Shown here: piece after piece, positions 62,466 through 64,000 of the stretch
How positions within the stretch are numbered: position 1 is the stretch's first letter
Layout: each line of letters begins with the position of its first letter
Source: Scyliorhinus canicula
Taxonomy: Eukaryota
Length of the DNA stretch: 64,000 nt
Direction of reading: 5' to 3'
Assembly (NCBI RefSeq): GCF_902713615.1
Contig: NW_024055441.1
Coordinates: 1 to 64,000, forward strand
Made by a program: the position numbers and the translations under genes
The notes under the pieces: generated by a model
What the model saw: only the letters and a program-made list of their open reading frames with translations
The model's database searches: none
What the model was told of the DNA's origin: nothing

Positions 62466-63700
62466 AGAATCATAGAATTTACAGGCCCATCAATCCTGCA
62501 CCGCCCTTGGAAAGAGCACCCTACTTAAGTCCATGCCTCCACCCTATCCCTGTAACCCAGCAACCCCACCAAACTTTTTTTTGGACACTAAGGGGCAATT
62601 TAGCACAGCCAATCCACCATTCCTGTACATCTTTGGATGGTGGGAGAAAACTGGAACACAACGGAGGGAACCCATGGAGACTCAGGGAGAATGTGCAAAC
62701 TACACATTGAATTGAACACAGGAGCCAAATACAAAATGCTGCCAAGAGTCGATCCGGTCATCCAAACCTTCTCATTGGTCAACACCTCTCAGGCAGGAAA
62801 TGAGGTTGTGGAAACCGTGCACATGTGGCCAATGGGAAGAACTCAAAATGATGCAGAGTCTCAGCCAATGATGGAGATCCAGGATCAGCCCTGCCCCTCA
62901 TTCACTCTGATTGGTTGGAGGACCAGACACTCCCACTCGTTCCTCCAGTCCCGCCCCCTCTTCCTTTTGGCCCGGAGCTGCAGTCAATCACTCCCGGGCA
63001 TTGTGATCCGGAGCATGCACAGTGTGGCTGCTGGACATGGAATTCAGCCCTTGTTTGTCCCGGAGAGGCGGATTGAGCGTCAGGCGGTGGGTGGGAGGAT
63101 TTGGAAACACTTTGTGGGCCCGCAAACCCTTCACCATCATTGTCAGCTCCCTGGTTTGCAGCTGCGGAGCTTCTCCCTCCCTCCCGGGAACAGGCCCAGG
63201 TTAACGGGCACCATCCTGCTTCACACACTGGAGGGTGGTTCACATCACAGGATGGGGGAGGGGGGATAATAAATAAGAGCTTACACTTTGCACTCAAATC
63301 TATGAGGACTCTGATCTCTGGCAAGGAAGGAAACCCTGGCAGATGGGGGGGGGGGGGGGGGGATTCACAAACACTCGCTGGAGGCCCCCAAACCCCCAAT
63401 TAGAACCTGCAGATCCTGGGTTTCCAGCTCTGAGGGTTGTTGGCTTCAGGTGCGGCCATCTTGGTGAAGGGACATAGAGTGGGTGGGGCTTGAGGGTCCC
63501 AGTGACCAGGAAGAAAATTATTGATTAATTGATTTTATTCTAACTTTGTACAGAGGGGCTTGAGAACAGAACCCAGCCAGAGGGGAGGGAGGGTGTAAAC
63601 TGTAAGGAAAAGAATTGTGAGGGTGGTGTGCAGGGTTTGCTGAGCTGACCAACTCTCAGGGTAAAAATTAAGTCACAGCCTGCACTGAAAGGCTGGCGTT

Positions 63701-64000
63701 CTGCCAGAGCTGGGACCAGGCCGCCTGGGGTAAGTCTCTGCCAGAGCTGGGACCAGGCCGCCTGGGGTAAGTCTCTGCCAGAGCTGGGACCAGGCCGCCT
63801 GGGGTAAGTCTCTGCCAGAGCTGGGACCAGGCCGCCTGGGGTAAGTCTCTGCCAGAGCTGGGATCAGGCCGCCTGGGGTAAGTCTCTGCCAGAGCTGGGA
63901 CCAGGCCTCCTGGGGTAAGTCTCTGCCAGAGCTGGGACCAGGCCGCCTGGGGTAAGTCTCTGCCAGAGCTGGGACCAGGCCGCCTGGGGTAAGTCTCTGC
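63701..64000. repeat. 37-bp tandem array (8+ copies, runs off the window)
   Basis: Unit ctgccagagctgggaccaggccgcctggggtaagtct at 63701, 63738 ... 63960. Confidence 0.96.

Overview
Cartilaginous-fish (shark-like) genomic DNA. The centre of the window holds a complete, apparently intact IgM heavy-chain constant locus on the + strand: Cmu1-Cmu4, secretory tail, TM1 and TM2 (37182-45318). I could not find a leader-V, D or J segment anywhere in the 37 kb upstream. The Ig locus sits inside a segmentally duplicated cluster of C2H2 zinc-finger genes and pseudogenes with no visible KRAB domain. Three paralogous blocks are recognisable: about 1-9.8 kb (minus), 17.2-22.6 kb (plus) and 55.2-63.3 kb (plus). 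The window is dense in CR1 and L1 LINE fragments, tRNA-derived HE1/V-type SINEs, a GC-rich MITE family, Penelope-like remnants and tandem repeats. The main hypothesis is that this VDJ-less Cmu resembles a switch-acceptor unit. It is preceded by a sense-oriented L1 5' end, kilobases of strand-asymmetric repeats, and a 15x29-bp array carrying 26 AGCT motifs about 500 bp before Cmu1. This is inference; simple deletion or misassembly of the VDJ must be excluded first. Other highlights are a perfect 179-bp palindrome with two hammerhead ribozyme cores, a 5'-inverted L1 at the ZNF/Ig junction, and an in-frame L1-CR1 chimeric ORF. Repeat and TE boundaries are approximate (read by eye); Ig exon boundaries were checked base by base.
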